64,000 nucleotides of DNA, taken from assembly GCA_910586965.1 (NCBI GenBank), contig CAJUMF010000007.1, positions 25,577 through 89,576 on the forward strand, written 5' to 3'. The DNA is from an uncultured Dorea sp. (GTDB lineage: Bacteria; Bacillota; Clostridia; Lachnospirales; Lachnospiraceae). Under the pieces are notes generated by a model. That model had not been told where the DNA came from and made no database searches. It saw nothing but the letters and a program-made list of their open reading frames with translations. Of the stretch, positions 19,547 to 28,770 are shown piece by piece. Each line of letters starts with the position of its first letter. The stretch's first letter is position 1. The position numbers and the translations under genes were made by a program.

Positions 19547-22500
19547 TTACTTACTCATTTTAATACGTCTGCGCCGGATAATCAAGGCTATGATAAAAAT
19601 AACAATTCCAGCAGCGGACAAGTACAGAGAGGCTTTGATGCCCGGGCGGTCAAATACCAGCTTGATGTCGTGTTCCCCGGGTTCAAGATATATTGCGGAA
19701 TACATGATATTGGCTTTTATTATATCAGTTTCTTTTCCGTCCACATAGGCTGTCCAGCCCTTCTGATACGGGATGCTTAAAACAAGGAGCTTCTCTTTAT
19801 CCACGGAGATGCTGCCGGTAATGGTGCCGGAGTCCATCTTTGTATTTTCCAATTTGTTTTCTGTCAGTTTTTCAATATAGGAAGCGTAATCTTTCATAGG
19901 CTGGCAGTATACTTTCAGTGAATCAACAGAAAAGCTTCCGGTATTGTTGAAGGTGATCGTACAACTGTCGGCAGCTTCCGTTCTGTATCCCAGGTTGAAC
20001 AGGTGTGTGTCCTGACCGGTGCTGTAGGTATGGTTGCTTGAGCGGAAATCCAGATTACGTTTATAATCACCGCAAGACAGATCCATATTAATGATATGTT
20101 GTCCGTTGTTTTTAGTTGGATTCAGGCTGCCGTCAAATACCAGATAAGTTTCTGAATCTTCCATTCCTTTGAAAGAAAGGGTAAGTGTTGCTCCGGGCTT
20201 GGTGATTTTGACGGTGTCTTTCTTTATCTTTATTCCTTTTGCTTCATAGTCCGTTATTTTTGCCTCTGAGCCGGTAGGAACAAATGATTTGCCGGATACA
20301 AGTCCTTGTTCGGAAATGTCGCTTATTACTGCGGCCTGAAGCATGAGCTCTTGGCACTCCAAGGCGCTGTAACTGTTAAATTCCTCTTCGGTTATCGCGC
20401 GGTCATAAGTATAGCCCAGGGGCAGTGCATAATTGTTTTTATAGATGCTATACGGCGCTTTTTTGTCTTTCTTTGCCGGATCTTCCTCATATCCATAGGG
20501 AAGTGCGGACAATTCATCTTCTGCCAATGCATAATATTTTACGCATGCGAGAGCATTCATGAATGTACGGTTATCAAATCCGCCGAGCTGTACGAGATTC
20601 CATGCAGTATTCCCCATGCCCACATTGTAGTCAATAACGGGACCGCTCATGGTGCTTGAGAAGGTTGCAATACTGTTGTAATCCATTACAAGGGAAGAGC
20701 ATAGGTTTTTCCTTGGAATCTCAGCGGTAGATACACGGTAAAAACTGTCATCCGGATAATTGTCTAAAACCTTCATAGGTGTATCTGTTATTTCATCTAG
20801 AACATGTCCTTGTTTGGCAAAAGAATCCGGTGAAGTATTTTTTCCTTCAAAAAATTGATAATAAGCGTTCAGTGTCAAAGAGCTACAGCACAGTATGATC
20901 AATGCAATCTTGGAGGTATGCAGATTGATCAGGTGGAGCTCTTTGTTCATACATAAAATAACAACATAATCGCACAGCAAGATGGCAAGAGAAGACAGCG
21001 TATATTCTGTACGATAATCCCGGTTCATAAGAATGATCAGTATATAGGGAATCAAAGAAATAAACAGTATTTTTAATTCTTTGCGTGTCAGTCCGCGCAG
21101 TTCAGGAATGGCCCTTACAGTTATAAAAGAAACCAGCAATGCCAGGATATAGCACCAACGGTTTGTAATGGTACTGAATCCTCCCAATACAAATGCTGCA
21201 ATCGGGAATATACAGGAAGCAGCACAGACCAGGAATAAGAATTTTATAAGGCGGTTTCCTTTTTTCATAAAAAGAATAACAATTGCCAAATAAGAAAGCG
21301 GGATAAACCCGAGCTTTAGCCAAGCTCCCGGAGAACCGGGTGAAGAAATAAAGTAAGTATATAACCGTGTCAGCCATGCGCCTCCATAGTAGAAGAGAGA
21401 TGAGGCGGCAATCTCTGAATTCCCTGCCCGTCCGGAACTCATGAAGGAGGCAAAGGAGGTAAACAGAGAGATATTTCCAATAACGACACCTAAAAGGTAG
21501 GAGCCTGCAAAAGTTGCAGTAGTTGTAAAAAAATAGCTCCATGTCTTTTTCTCTCTGTCCTTTGTAAACAGAAAGCGTCCGATATAGTAAACTCCCATTG
21601 CAAGTGTACTCATGTAGATAAAGTAATAGTTGGCAGGCAGTGCAACTGCTACAAAAATTGTGCACAGATACCAGCGCTTTTTGCGAAAGATCTCCTCAGT
21701 TGCAAGCATAAGGAGCGGAAGGAAGATCATAGGTGCAATAAAATGAGCGTGAAGTACACCGGCATAGATTGCGAATCCGCAGAAGGCATACATCATGCTT
21801 CCGAGAAGGCTCTCAAAGTATCCTTTTTGATGATACAGAAAGAAAACTGACACAGACAGCCCGGCCAGAAAGAAGCGAAACAATGTGATGATATTGTAAG
21901 CAGCCTCTGCATGGGAAGAATCGAAGAGTGCAAACAGCCAATAAACAGGTTCATAGCTTAAAGGGACTGTATTGCCAAGACCTACACGGAAGCTGTAGGA
22001 AGGGAAGTTAAAGTCACCTTTTAAAAGCATTGAAATACATTCATGTACATAATCGGTAAAATAGTGTATCCTCGGAATGTACTGTGAGATGGCATCATGC
22101 ATCCATGCGATACTGTTATCGTACTCTATAAAAGAAAAGAACACGCAAGCTGTCATAATGAGAAACATGACGGTATATACAGCAAAATATAAAGGAAGTG
22201 CTCTGCGCCTGCTGCACATAAAGTCTTGATACCAGCCTTTGAGTATAGAGATTCCTTTATCGCCCAGTAAGAAGATTCCTTGTACTATTTTCTGAAAAGG
22301 CGTACAGAAGCCTGCGAACAAGTAGAGAAGATACACAGGAAATACGGGCAGGGTAATGAGCGCTGCTTCTTTTAAAGGAGTAAATAGAAGCAACCCAGAA
22401 ATAACAGTAACAACAACACTGCCTGCAGATATTCTTTTTGAAAATACGATGGCTTCTTTTCCTAAAAAGATTCCTCCGATAAAATAACCAAAGTATGGGA

Positions 22501-23044
22501 GAAGTGCGATACAGTCATACGTGTCGCAGCCTGTAAATACACCTATGATCGGATAGCCGAAAAGGTCCGACGGAAAAAAGGAAAAAGCAATTGCCAGGAT
22601 GCCTGCCAGCAACAAGAGACGTCTCTTTTTATATATGCAGTCAAAATATCTGGCTGCAAGTGCAGCGCACAGAAAAAGAACGGACGTAGTAAAAAACATT
22701 TCAGATGGTGTTGGGATCCTTACCATAGTGATGAGGCGGACAACACTTTGAAACGGTTTTTTATGATTCAGAAGCACTTGGTTACATAATCCGAAGAAGA
22801 TGAATAAGACAGCATAAACGGCTGCATGTTTCAAAAGAAACGAAACATTGTCTTTGCCCCGGGAAGTATAAAGTCCTGCTAAAAATACAATACCGGGTGT
22901 GTAGACCAGCCTGAGCACCAAAAAAAGTATATGCTGCTGTCCCAGGATGACCTGAACGGCACTTCCGCAAAGAATGAGGAAAAGTAAACTTAATTCCAGT
23001 ACCGGAAGTAATGTTTTTGATATATGCTGCTGTTTGTTTTCCAT
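19547..23044 (-). CDS. YfhO-family GT-C glycosyltransferase with about 270-aa N-terminal membrane acyltransferase-like extension
   Basis: DAISQY, MYAFCGFAIY, NYYFIYM, NRW, YRV, and C-terminal LSIPYQKGWTAYVDG..GEHDIKLVF; extra N-terminal TM bundle. Confidence 0.85.
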   Translation of the reverse strand: MENKQQHISKTLLPVLELSLLFLILCGSAVQVILGQQHILFLVLRLVYTPGIVFLAGLYTSRGKDNVSFLLKHAAVYAVLFIFFGLCNQVLLNHKKPFQSVVRLITMVRIPTPSEMFFTTSVLFLCAALAARYFDCIYKKRRLLLLAGILAIAFSFFPSDLFGYPIIGVFTGCDTYDCIALLPYFGYFIGGIFLGKEAIVFSKRISAGSVVVTVISGLLLFTPLKEAALITLPVFPVYLLYLFAGFCTPFQKIVQGIFLLGDKGISILKGWYQDFMCSRRRALPLYFAVYTVMFLIMTACVFFSFIEYDNSIAWMHDAISQYIPRIHYFTDYVHECISMLLKGDFNFPSYSFRVGLGNTVPLSYEPVYWLFALFDSSHAEAAYNIITLFRFFLAGLSVSVFFLYHQKGYFESLLGSMMYAFCGFAIYAGVLHAHFIAPMIFLPLLMLATEEIFRKKRWYLCTIFVAVALPANYYFIYMSTLAMGVYYIGRFLFTKDREKKTWSYFFTTTATFAGSYLLGVVIGNISLFTSFASFMSSGRAGNSEIAASSLFYYGGAWLTRLYTYFISSPGSPGAWLKLGFIPLSYLAIVILFMKKGNRLIKFLFLVCAASCIFPIAAFVLGGFSTITNRWCYILALLVSFITVRAIPELRGLTRKELKILFISLIPYILIILMNRDYRTEYTLSSLAILLCDYVVILCMNKELHLINLHTSKIALIILCCSSLTLNAYYQFFEGKNTSPDSFAKQGHVLDEITDTPMKVLDNYPDDSFYRVSTAEIPRKNLCSSLVMDYNSIATFSSTMSGPVIDYNVGMGNTAWNLVQLGGFDNRTFMNALACVKYYALAEDELSALPYGYEEDPAKKDKKAPYSIYKNNYALPLGYTYDRAITEEEFNSYSALECQELMLQAAVISDISEQGLVSGKSFVPTGSEAKITDYEAKGIKIKKDTVKITKPGATLTLSFKGMEDSETYLVFDGSLNPTKNNGQHIINMDLSCGDYKRNLDFRSSNHTYSTGQDTHLFNLGYRTEAADSCTITFNNTGSFSVDSLKVYCQPMKDYASYIEKLTENKLENTKMDSGTITGSISVDKEKLLVLSIPYQKGWTAYVDGKETDIIKANIMYSAIYLEPGEHDIKLVFDRPGIKASLYLSAAGIVIFIIALIIRRRRIKMSK

Positions 23045-23192
23045 TATGAAAATCTCCTTATTATTAATATCTTAATCATATTTTACTTATTTTATCAAAA
23101 AAAATAGAATCTGTATAGTTCGTATCGAGAAATCTGTATAATATTTGAAGGAAAAAATATATTAAGAATAGTTTAAAATCCGCGTCTTTGGT

Positions 23193-23221
23193 TTGACAAA
23201 CGATAGTACTGTTAGTATAAT
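23193..23221 (+). promoter_or_regulatory. Consensus sigma-A promoter for the GH25-LCP genes
   Basis: Perfect TTGACA-17 bp-TATAAT. Confidence 0.85.
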
Positions 23222-23280
23222 AAATGGAAATGTAATTTGTTAAAAAAGTGTGAAAAAATGAATTATAAGGAGATGTCTGC

Positions 23281-25197
23281 ATGAAAAGAAGACGTAATGC
23301 GCTTATTTGCTTACTGGTTGCCAGTCTGACGGTGACTTTAGCTCCGGCAGAGGTGCTGGCACAAGAGGTCGATACAGGAAGCAATGTCCAGAAGGTGCAG
23401 GAACCAGAAGGAGAGGATAAGCAGATAAGCGGGGAGCTGCCTGATGAACCGGTGAATGAAGCAGGAGACAGCATGGGGGAAGGCACCGGGAAGCCGGATG
23501 AAGGCTTAAAAGACAACAGCCAGCAGGAACCGGAATGGAAACTGGAGGGACAGGATAGTCGGGACGCTGTGGACAAGTATTACGGATTTTCGGAAGGAGA
23601 CGCCGGCGAAAAGAAGGACAAGGAGCGTTCAGAGGACGATAAAGAAGATGCGGCGGGGGAAACAGAGACAGAAAAAGAACTGCCGCAAAAAGAGGATGCA
23701 GAGGCCGAGGAGCAGGAAGATGATATTGTTGTTGATTCAGAAGATCCTGGGAAATATCGTCTGACAGGACGGGGGACCGGAGATTTCTCGTCATCCGGCC
23801 TGCGTGCACAATCCGTATCTCATCAGGAAAAGTACAGCGATTGTATCTTGCAGCACGGAATAGATGTGTCTTATCATAACGGCAAGATCAACTGGGAGAA
23901 AGTCAAGGCTGACGGCATTGATTTTGCGATCATACGTGTGGCTTACCGGGGGTATGAAAACGGAGCACTCCGGGTAGATACTGAGGCTGTGGAAAATATG
24001 AAAAATGCCAATGCGGCAGGGATTCCCATCGGCGCATACATATTTTCCCAGGCAATCTCAGCGGCAGAGGCGAGGCAGGAGGCAGACTTTATTGTAAATA
24101 ACATCAGAGGCTATCAGATCGATCTCCCGGTCGTCCTTGATTTTGAATATGTGGCAACCGGTGTGGGCAGATTATATAAGGCAAAATTAAGTAAGAGTGC
24201 AGCAACGAGTGTCTGTACCGCGTTTTGTGAGCGGGTGAAAGCTCTTGGATATACTCCGATGGTGTATGCAAGCAAGACGATGTATGAGGATAAGACATAT
24301 GCAGCGGATGTCAGCCAGGAATATCCGATCTGGATGGCACACTATAATAACTCCACGAGTTATGGGGGAGAGTATGAATACTGGCAGTATACCTCAAAAG
24401 GAAAAGTAGACGGAGTCAAAACCAAAGATAATCCGTACGTAGATTTGAATTATCGCTATTATAACAGCCTGAGGATTACGAAAAAGGCGGTAGGAAGTCT
24501 TACCATGGAATGGGAGCCATGGGGCGGAGCGCCTGGTTATGACATCTATCGAAAGAGCAGTGACGGGAATTATGCCATTCTCAAATCCGGAGTGCAGCAG
24601 ACTGCATTTACGGATACATCATTAAAAGCCGGAACAAGTTATTCCTATAAGATCTATCCCCAGGGAACAAATACCTGTATCGGATTTAACACAGGGATCA
24701 CACAGCTGCCGACAACAAAGCTTTCCGGAAAAGGAACTGCATTCGATAAGATCAAGCTTACGTGGTCAAAAGTATCCGGTGCCTCTTCTTATTACATACA
24801 GCGTTATAATTCTTCGAAAAAGACATATTCTAATGTAAAGACGGCTTCCGGAAAATCTTCTTCGTATACGGAGGGAAGCAAAAACGCATCTACCAAGTAT
24901 AAATATAGAATACGTCCGTATAAGGTTGTGTTTAATGGGAGATCCTACGGGAACTATTCCCAAACAGTCACCGTGAAGACCAAAGGAAAAGTAAAAGCAA
25001 AGACGAAAGTCAAGAAGCTTAAGCTGAGAAAGAGTGCCTCTAAGTCTGCGAAAAGTCTTGGCACGATCAAGAAAAAAGGTACGAAGGTGACAGTCACCGG
25101 AAGTACCGGGAGCTGGTACAGGCTTTCTGTGAAGATTAACGGAAAGACAAGAACCGGTTATATTAAAAAAAGTAGTTTGAAATTAATTAAAAAATAA
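23281..25197 (+). CDS. Secreted GH25 muramidase with FN3 and C-terminal SH3-like domains
   Basis: GIDVSYHNG, AIIRVAYRG, PVVLDFE, WQYTSKG, VDLN; signal peptide. Confidence 0.9.
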   Translation: MKRRRNALICLLVASLTVTLAPAEVLAQEVDTGSNVQKVQEPEGEDKQISGELPDEPVNEAGDSMGEGTGKPDEGLKDNSQQEPEWKLEGQDSRDAVDKYYGFSEGDAGEKKDKERSEDDKEDAAGETETEKELPQKEDAEAEEQEDDIVVDSEDPGKYRLTGRGTGDFSSSGLRAQSVSHQEKYSDCILQHGIDVSYHNGKINWEKVKADGIDFAIIRVAYRGYENGALRVDTEAVENMKNANAAGIPIGAYIFSQAISAAEARQEADFIVNNIRGYQIDLPVVLDFEYVATGVGRLYKAKLSKSAATSVCTAFCERVKALGYTPMVYASKTMYEDKTYAADVSQEYPIWMAHYNNSTSYGGEYEYWQYTSKGKVDGVKTKDNPYVDLNYRYYNSLRITKKAVGSLTMEWEPWGGAPGYDIYRKSSDGNYAILKSGVQQTAFTDTSLKAGTSYSYKIYPQGTNTCIGFNTGITQLPTTKLSGKGTAFDKIKLTWSKVSGASSYYIQRYNSSKKTYSNVKTASGKSSSYTEGSKNASTKYKYRIRPYKVVFNGRSYGNYSQTVTVKTKGKVKAKTKVKKLKLRKSASKSAKSLGTIKKKGTKVTVTGSTGSWYRLSVKINGKTRTGYIKKSSLKLIKK

Positions 25198-25218
25198 GAA
25201 AAGAGGTACGGTTAAGAT

Positions 25219-26715
25219 ATGGCTAGGCGAAGAAGGCGCAGAAGGAAATCGGGCAATTGGTTTACCCGTCTGAGTATTGGGAAAAAGATTGGAGTATGTC
25301 TGGGTGGAGTATTTCTTGCAATTGCGGCAACCGGAGTTGTATATGCGGCATCGAAGCTGGGGAAGCTGGACAGACAGGAGATTTCAGCGGAGGATATCGT
25401 TGTAAATGAAGAAGTCGAAAAGCAGGATTTGGGAACAGGATACTTAAACGTGGCGTTATTCGGAACAGATTCCAGAGACGGACAGTTAGATAAAGGAACC
25501 CGTACGGACTGTATCATCGTGGCGAGTCTCAATAAAGAGACGAAGGAAATCCGTATGGTATCAGTGTATCGGGATACTCTGCTGGATATTGAAGACGGTC
25601 AGCTTCAGAAATGTAATGCGGCGTACGCGTTCGGCGGACCGACACAGGCCATCAATATGCTGAATAAGAACCTTGACCTGGACATTCAGGAATTTGTGAC
25701 AGTTGACTGGGGAGCTATCGCCAATGCGATCGATCTGCTCGGCGGCGTGGAGATTGATGTTCAGGAAGTTGAGATCAAGTACCTTAATAAATTTGTAAAA
25801 GAGACTGCGAAGGCGGCGGGCAAGAAGGCGCATAAAGTAAAAAAGGCCGGACCTCAGAAGCTGGACGGTGTACAGGCAACTACCTATGCGCGTATCCGTT
25901 CCACAGCGGGAGGCGATTTTACCCGGACAGAGCGTCAGAGGCTTGTAATTGAAAAGATTGTGGAACAGGCGCAGAAGGCAGACTTGTCAACAATCAATAA
26001 AGTGATTGACAAAGTGTTCCCGACAGTAAAAACCAGCTTTTCCGTGAAGGATATCATCTATTATGCCAAGAGCTTTATGGATTATAAGCTGACGGAAAAT
26101 GCGGGATTCCCCTTTGACAAGACTACAGACACAATCTCTGGTCTTGGAAGTATCGTTATTCCGGTTACACTGGATACGAATGTAGCCAAGCTCCATGAAT
26201 TCCTGTTTGACAAAAAAGATTACAATGTATCCACTACAGTTGCGAATCTGAACAGTGCCATTATCAGCCGTGTAGGGCAGCGTACTGCTACAGATGATTC
26301 TACGCTGAAGCAGCAGACATATAAGCCGACAAAGGAGGATAAGGAGCAGGAGCGGCGGACGACGTACGAGAAGCCGAAAAAGCCGAATAATAATAGTAAC
26401 AATAATAACAACAATAATAATAACAATAGTAATAGTAACAACAACAATAATAACAATAACAATAATAATAATAATAACAATAATAATAACAATAATAACA
26501 ATAACAATAAACCAGATCCGGAGCCGTCGAAACCGGATCCGGAACCGTCAAAACCAGATCCGGAACCGTCAAAACCGGATCCGGAGCCGTCAAAACCAGA
26601 TCCAGAGCCGTCAAAGCCAGATCCGGAACCATCAAAACCGGATCCGGAACCGTCAAAACCATCAGAGCCTACTGGCGGAGGAGAGGATGCCAGCTCTTCT
26701 GGCAATGAAGGATAA
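25219..26715 (+). CDS. LCP (LytR-CpsA-Psr) glycopolymer-peptidoglycan ligase with poly-Asn and Pro-rich tail
   Basis: ALFGTDSR, RTDCIIV, SVYRDT, ARIR..GDFTRTERQR; N-terminal TM. Confidence 0.92.
   Translation: MARRRRRRRKSGNWFTRLSIGKKIGVCLGGVFLAIAATGVVYAASKLGKLDRQEISAEDIVVNEEVEKQDLGTGYLNVALFGTDSRDGQLDKGTRTDCIIVASLNKETKEIRMVSVYRDTLLDIEDGQLQKCNAAYAFGGPTQAINMLNKNLDLDIQEFVTVDWGAIANAIDLLGGVEIDVQEVEIKYLNKFVKETAKAAGKKAHKVKKAGPQKLDGVQATTYARIRSTAGGDFTRTERQRLVIEKIVEQAQKADLSTINKVIDKVFPTVKTSFSVKDIIYYAKSFMDYKLTENAGFPFDKTTDTISGLGSIVIPVTLDTNVAKLHEFLFDKKDYNVSTTVANLNSAIISRVGQRTATDDSTLKQQTYKPTKEDKEQERRTTYEKPKKPNNNSNNNNNNNNNNSNSNNNNNNNNNNNNNNNNNNNNNNNNKPDPEPSKPDPEPSKPDPEPSKPDPEPSKPDPEPSKPDPEPSKPDPEPSKPSEPTGGGEDASSSGNEG
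26386..26508 (+). repeat. Trinucleotide AAT/AAC tract encoding 38 Asn + 3 Ser
   Basis: 123 bp, 41 codons, counted directly. Confidence 0.97.
26509..26655 (+). repeat. 7 x 21-bp tandem repeat encoding KPDPEPS
   Basis: Read directly; units differ only at synonymous positions. Confidence 0.97.
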
Positions 26716-26731
26716 TCTTTAGTTAAAAAAT

Positions 26732-26785
26732 AAAGGCAATATGCAATGAAGTACACATCAACGCATACTGCCTTTTTCTTTTTTT
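26732..26785 (+). terminator. Intrinsic terminator after the first LCP gene
   Basis: AAAGGCAATATGC...GCATACTGCCTTT stem (1 mismatch) followed by a long T run. Confidence 0.7.
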
Positions 26786-26786
26786 G

Positions 26787-26815
26787 TTTACTTTTTAAAT
26801 GATATTTGCTAAAAT
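26787..26815 (+). promoter_or_regulatory. Putative glmS promoter
   Basis: TTTACT-17 bp-TAAAAT with extended TG. Confidence 0.55.
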
Positions 26816-26857
26816 GTAGTCTAAAAGTGTAAATGGGCAGTTATGGAGGTTTATCAT

Positions 26858-28684
26858 ATGTGTGGAATAGTAGGTTATATTGGAAAAGAGCAGGCGGCAC
26901 CCATTCTCCTGGACGGATTGTCCAAGTTGGAATACAGAGGCTATGATTCGGCAGGAATTGCCGTTTACAATGGGAATGAGATAGGGATGGAGAAGGCCAA
27001 AGGGCGTCTTAAGGTCTTAAGTGAACTGACTCATGACGGAGAGACATTGCCGGGGACTCTTGGTATCGGACATACGAGATGGGCAACTCATGGTTCTCCG
27101 TCGGATACCAATGCGCACCCGCATTTTAATGCGGACCGGAGTATTGTTGTCGTACATAATGGAATTATTGAGAATTACTTGAAATTAAAAAAGAAACTTG
27201 AAAAAAAAGGGTATACGTTTATATCTGAGACAGATACAGAGGTGATCGCACACCTTTTGGACTACTATTATGACGGCAATCCGCTGCGGGCCGTGACGAA
27301 GATCATGCATCGTATGGAAGGTTCTTATGCCCTTGGGATTATTTTTAAGGATCATCCGGGGGAAGTTTATGCAGTTAGAAAGGACAGTCCTCTGATCGTA
27401 GGGCATACGGACGGGGGAAGCATTATCGCATCTGATGTTCCGGCAGTCCTCAAGTATACAAGAGATGTATATTTTATTGAAAATGAGGAGATCGTGCGGC
27501 TGAAAGAGACATCTATGGAATTTTTCAGTGTGGATGAAGAGCCCATTGAGAAAGAGTCGGTAAGGATAGAGTGGGATGTGAATGCTGCAGAAAAAGGTGG
27601 CTATGAGCATTTTATGCTGAAGGAGATGAACGAGCAGCCGAAAGCTGTTACGGATACATTTTCACCGAGAATTAAAAATGGCCAGATTGTGATCGAAGAG
27701 CTTGGCATGTCGGATGAGGATATGAAAGAAATTGGCAAGATTATGATCGTTGCCTGCGGCTCTGCGTATCATACAGGGGTTACGAGCAAATATATCTTTG
27801 AGGATCTTGCGAGGATTCCCGTGGAAGTAGATCTTGCTTCGGAGTTCCGTTACCGCAGACCGATCTTAAATGACAAGACACTTGTCATTGTCATCAGCCA
27901 GTCAGGGGAGACGGCCGATACGCTGGCTGCCCTCAGAGAGTCAAAAAGGCAGGGGGCAAGAGTTCTTGGAATTGTAAATGTTGTGGGAAGCTCTATTGCG
28001 AGGGAAGCTGATAATGTCATGTATACATGGGCGGGGCCGGAGATTGCAGTGGCAACGACAAAGGCGTATTCCGCACAGTTGATCGCTCTGTATCTTCTGG
28101 CTATGAAATTCGCCTGTGTCCGGGGGCAGATGAGTGAGGAACTTCTTGAAGAAATGCTGTCTGACCTTCGTGCGCTCCCCTCTCAGATAGAGATGCTCCT
28201 GAATAATAAAGGGAAGATACAGCGTTTTGCAAATCGCTACCTGGCGGCAAGGGATGTGTTTTTCATCGGGCGCGGGGTGGATTATGCCATCTCTTTGGAA
28301 GGGTCTCTTAAGTTGAAAGAGATATCTTATATTCATTCGGAGGCGTATGCGGCCGGGGAGCTGAAGCACGGAACAATCTCTCTTATTGAGGAAGGGACGC
28401 TGGTTGCGGCAGTTCTGACACAGAGGGAGCTGTATAAAAAAACTCTCAGCAATATGGTCGAGGTAAGTACAAGAGGTGCTTTTGTTCTGGCGGTTACCAA
28501 TGAAGGCAATACAGAGGTAGAGCGTGCAGCAGATTATGTGATCTATATTCCGGAGACAAACAAATATTTTACAAATTCACTGGCAATTATTCCGCTGCAG
28601 TTATTTGGCTATTATATTGCGGTGGGAAGAGGATGCGATGTCGATAAACCGAGAAATCTGGCAAAATCCGTTACTGTAGAATAG
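26858..28684 (+). CDS. glmS: Glutamine--fructose-6-phosphate aminotransferase
   Basis: Canonical MCGIVG start, GHTRWATHG, SQSGETAD, PRNLAKSVTVE end; GGAGG RBS. Confidence 0.98.
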   Translation: MCGIVGYIGKEQAAPILLDGLSKLEYRGYDSAGIAVYNGNEIGMEKAKGRLKVLSELTHDGETLPGTLGIGHTRWATHGSPSDTNAHPHFNADRSIVVVHNGIIENYLKLKKKLEKKGYTFISETDTEVIAHLLDYYYDGNPLRAVTKIMHRMEGSYALGIIFKDHPGEVYAVRKDSPLIVGHTDGGSIIASDVPAVLKYTRDVYFIENEEIVRLKETSMEFFSVDEEPIEKESVRIEWDVNAAEKGGYEHFMLKEMNEQPKAVTDTFSPRIKNGQIVIEELGMSDEDMKEIGKIMIVACGSAYHTGVTSKYIFEDLARIPVEVDLASEFRYRRPILNDKTLVIVISQSGETADTLAALRESKRQGARVLGIVNVVGSSIAREADNVMYTWAGPEIAVATTKAYSAQLIALYLLAMKFACVRGQMSEELLEEMLSDLRALPSQIEMLLNNKGKIQRFANRYLAARDVFFIGRGVDYAISLEGSLKLKEISYIHSEAYAAGELKHGTISLIEEGTLVAAVLTQRELYKKTLSNMVEVSTRGAFVLAVTNEGNTEVERAADYVIYIPETNKYFTNSLAIIPLQLFGYYIAVGRGCDVDKPRNLAKSVTVE

Positions 28685-28770
28685 ATGGTTGAACTTTTTG
28701 CAAGAATATAGTAGTATAGGATAGTGTTATGTGAAAAATTGTATAAGACGATACAAAAGAGAGGCTATGT

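Noticed and set aside
23281..25197. GH25, M15 and Amidase_2 as prophage endolysins
   Set aside because: They have signal peptides or TM anchors, and there are no holin, structural or integrase genes nearby
26509..26655. Possible CRISPR array
   Set aside because: Contiguous in-frame 21-bp units with no spacers and no cas genes
26220..26756. Minus-strand poly-Leu/GSGSGFD ORF and poly-Tyr/Cys ORF (26300..26662)
   Set aside because: Antisense shadows of the Asn and KPDPEPS repeats in the LCP gene
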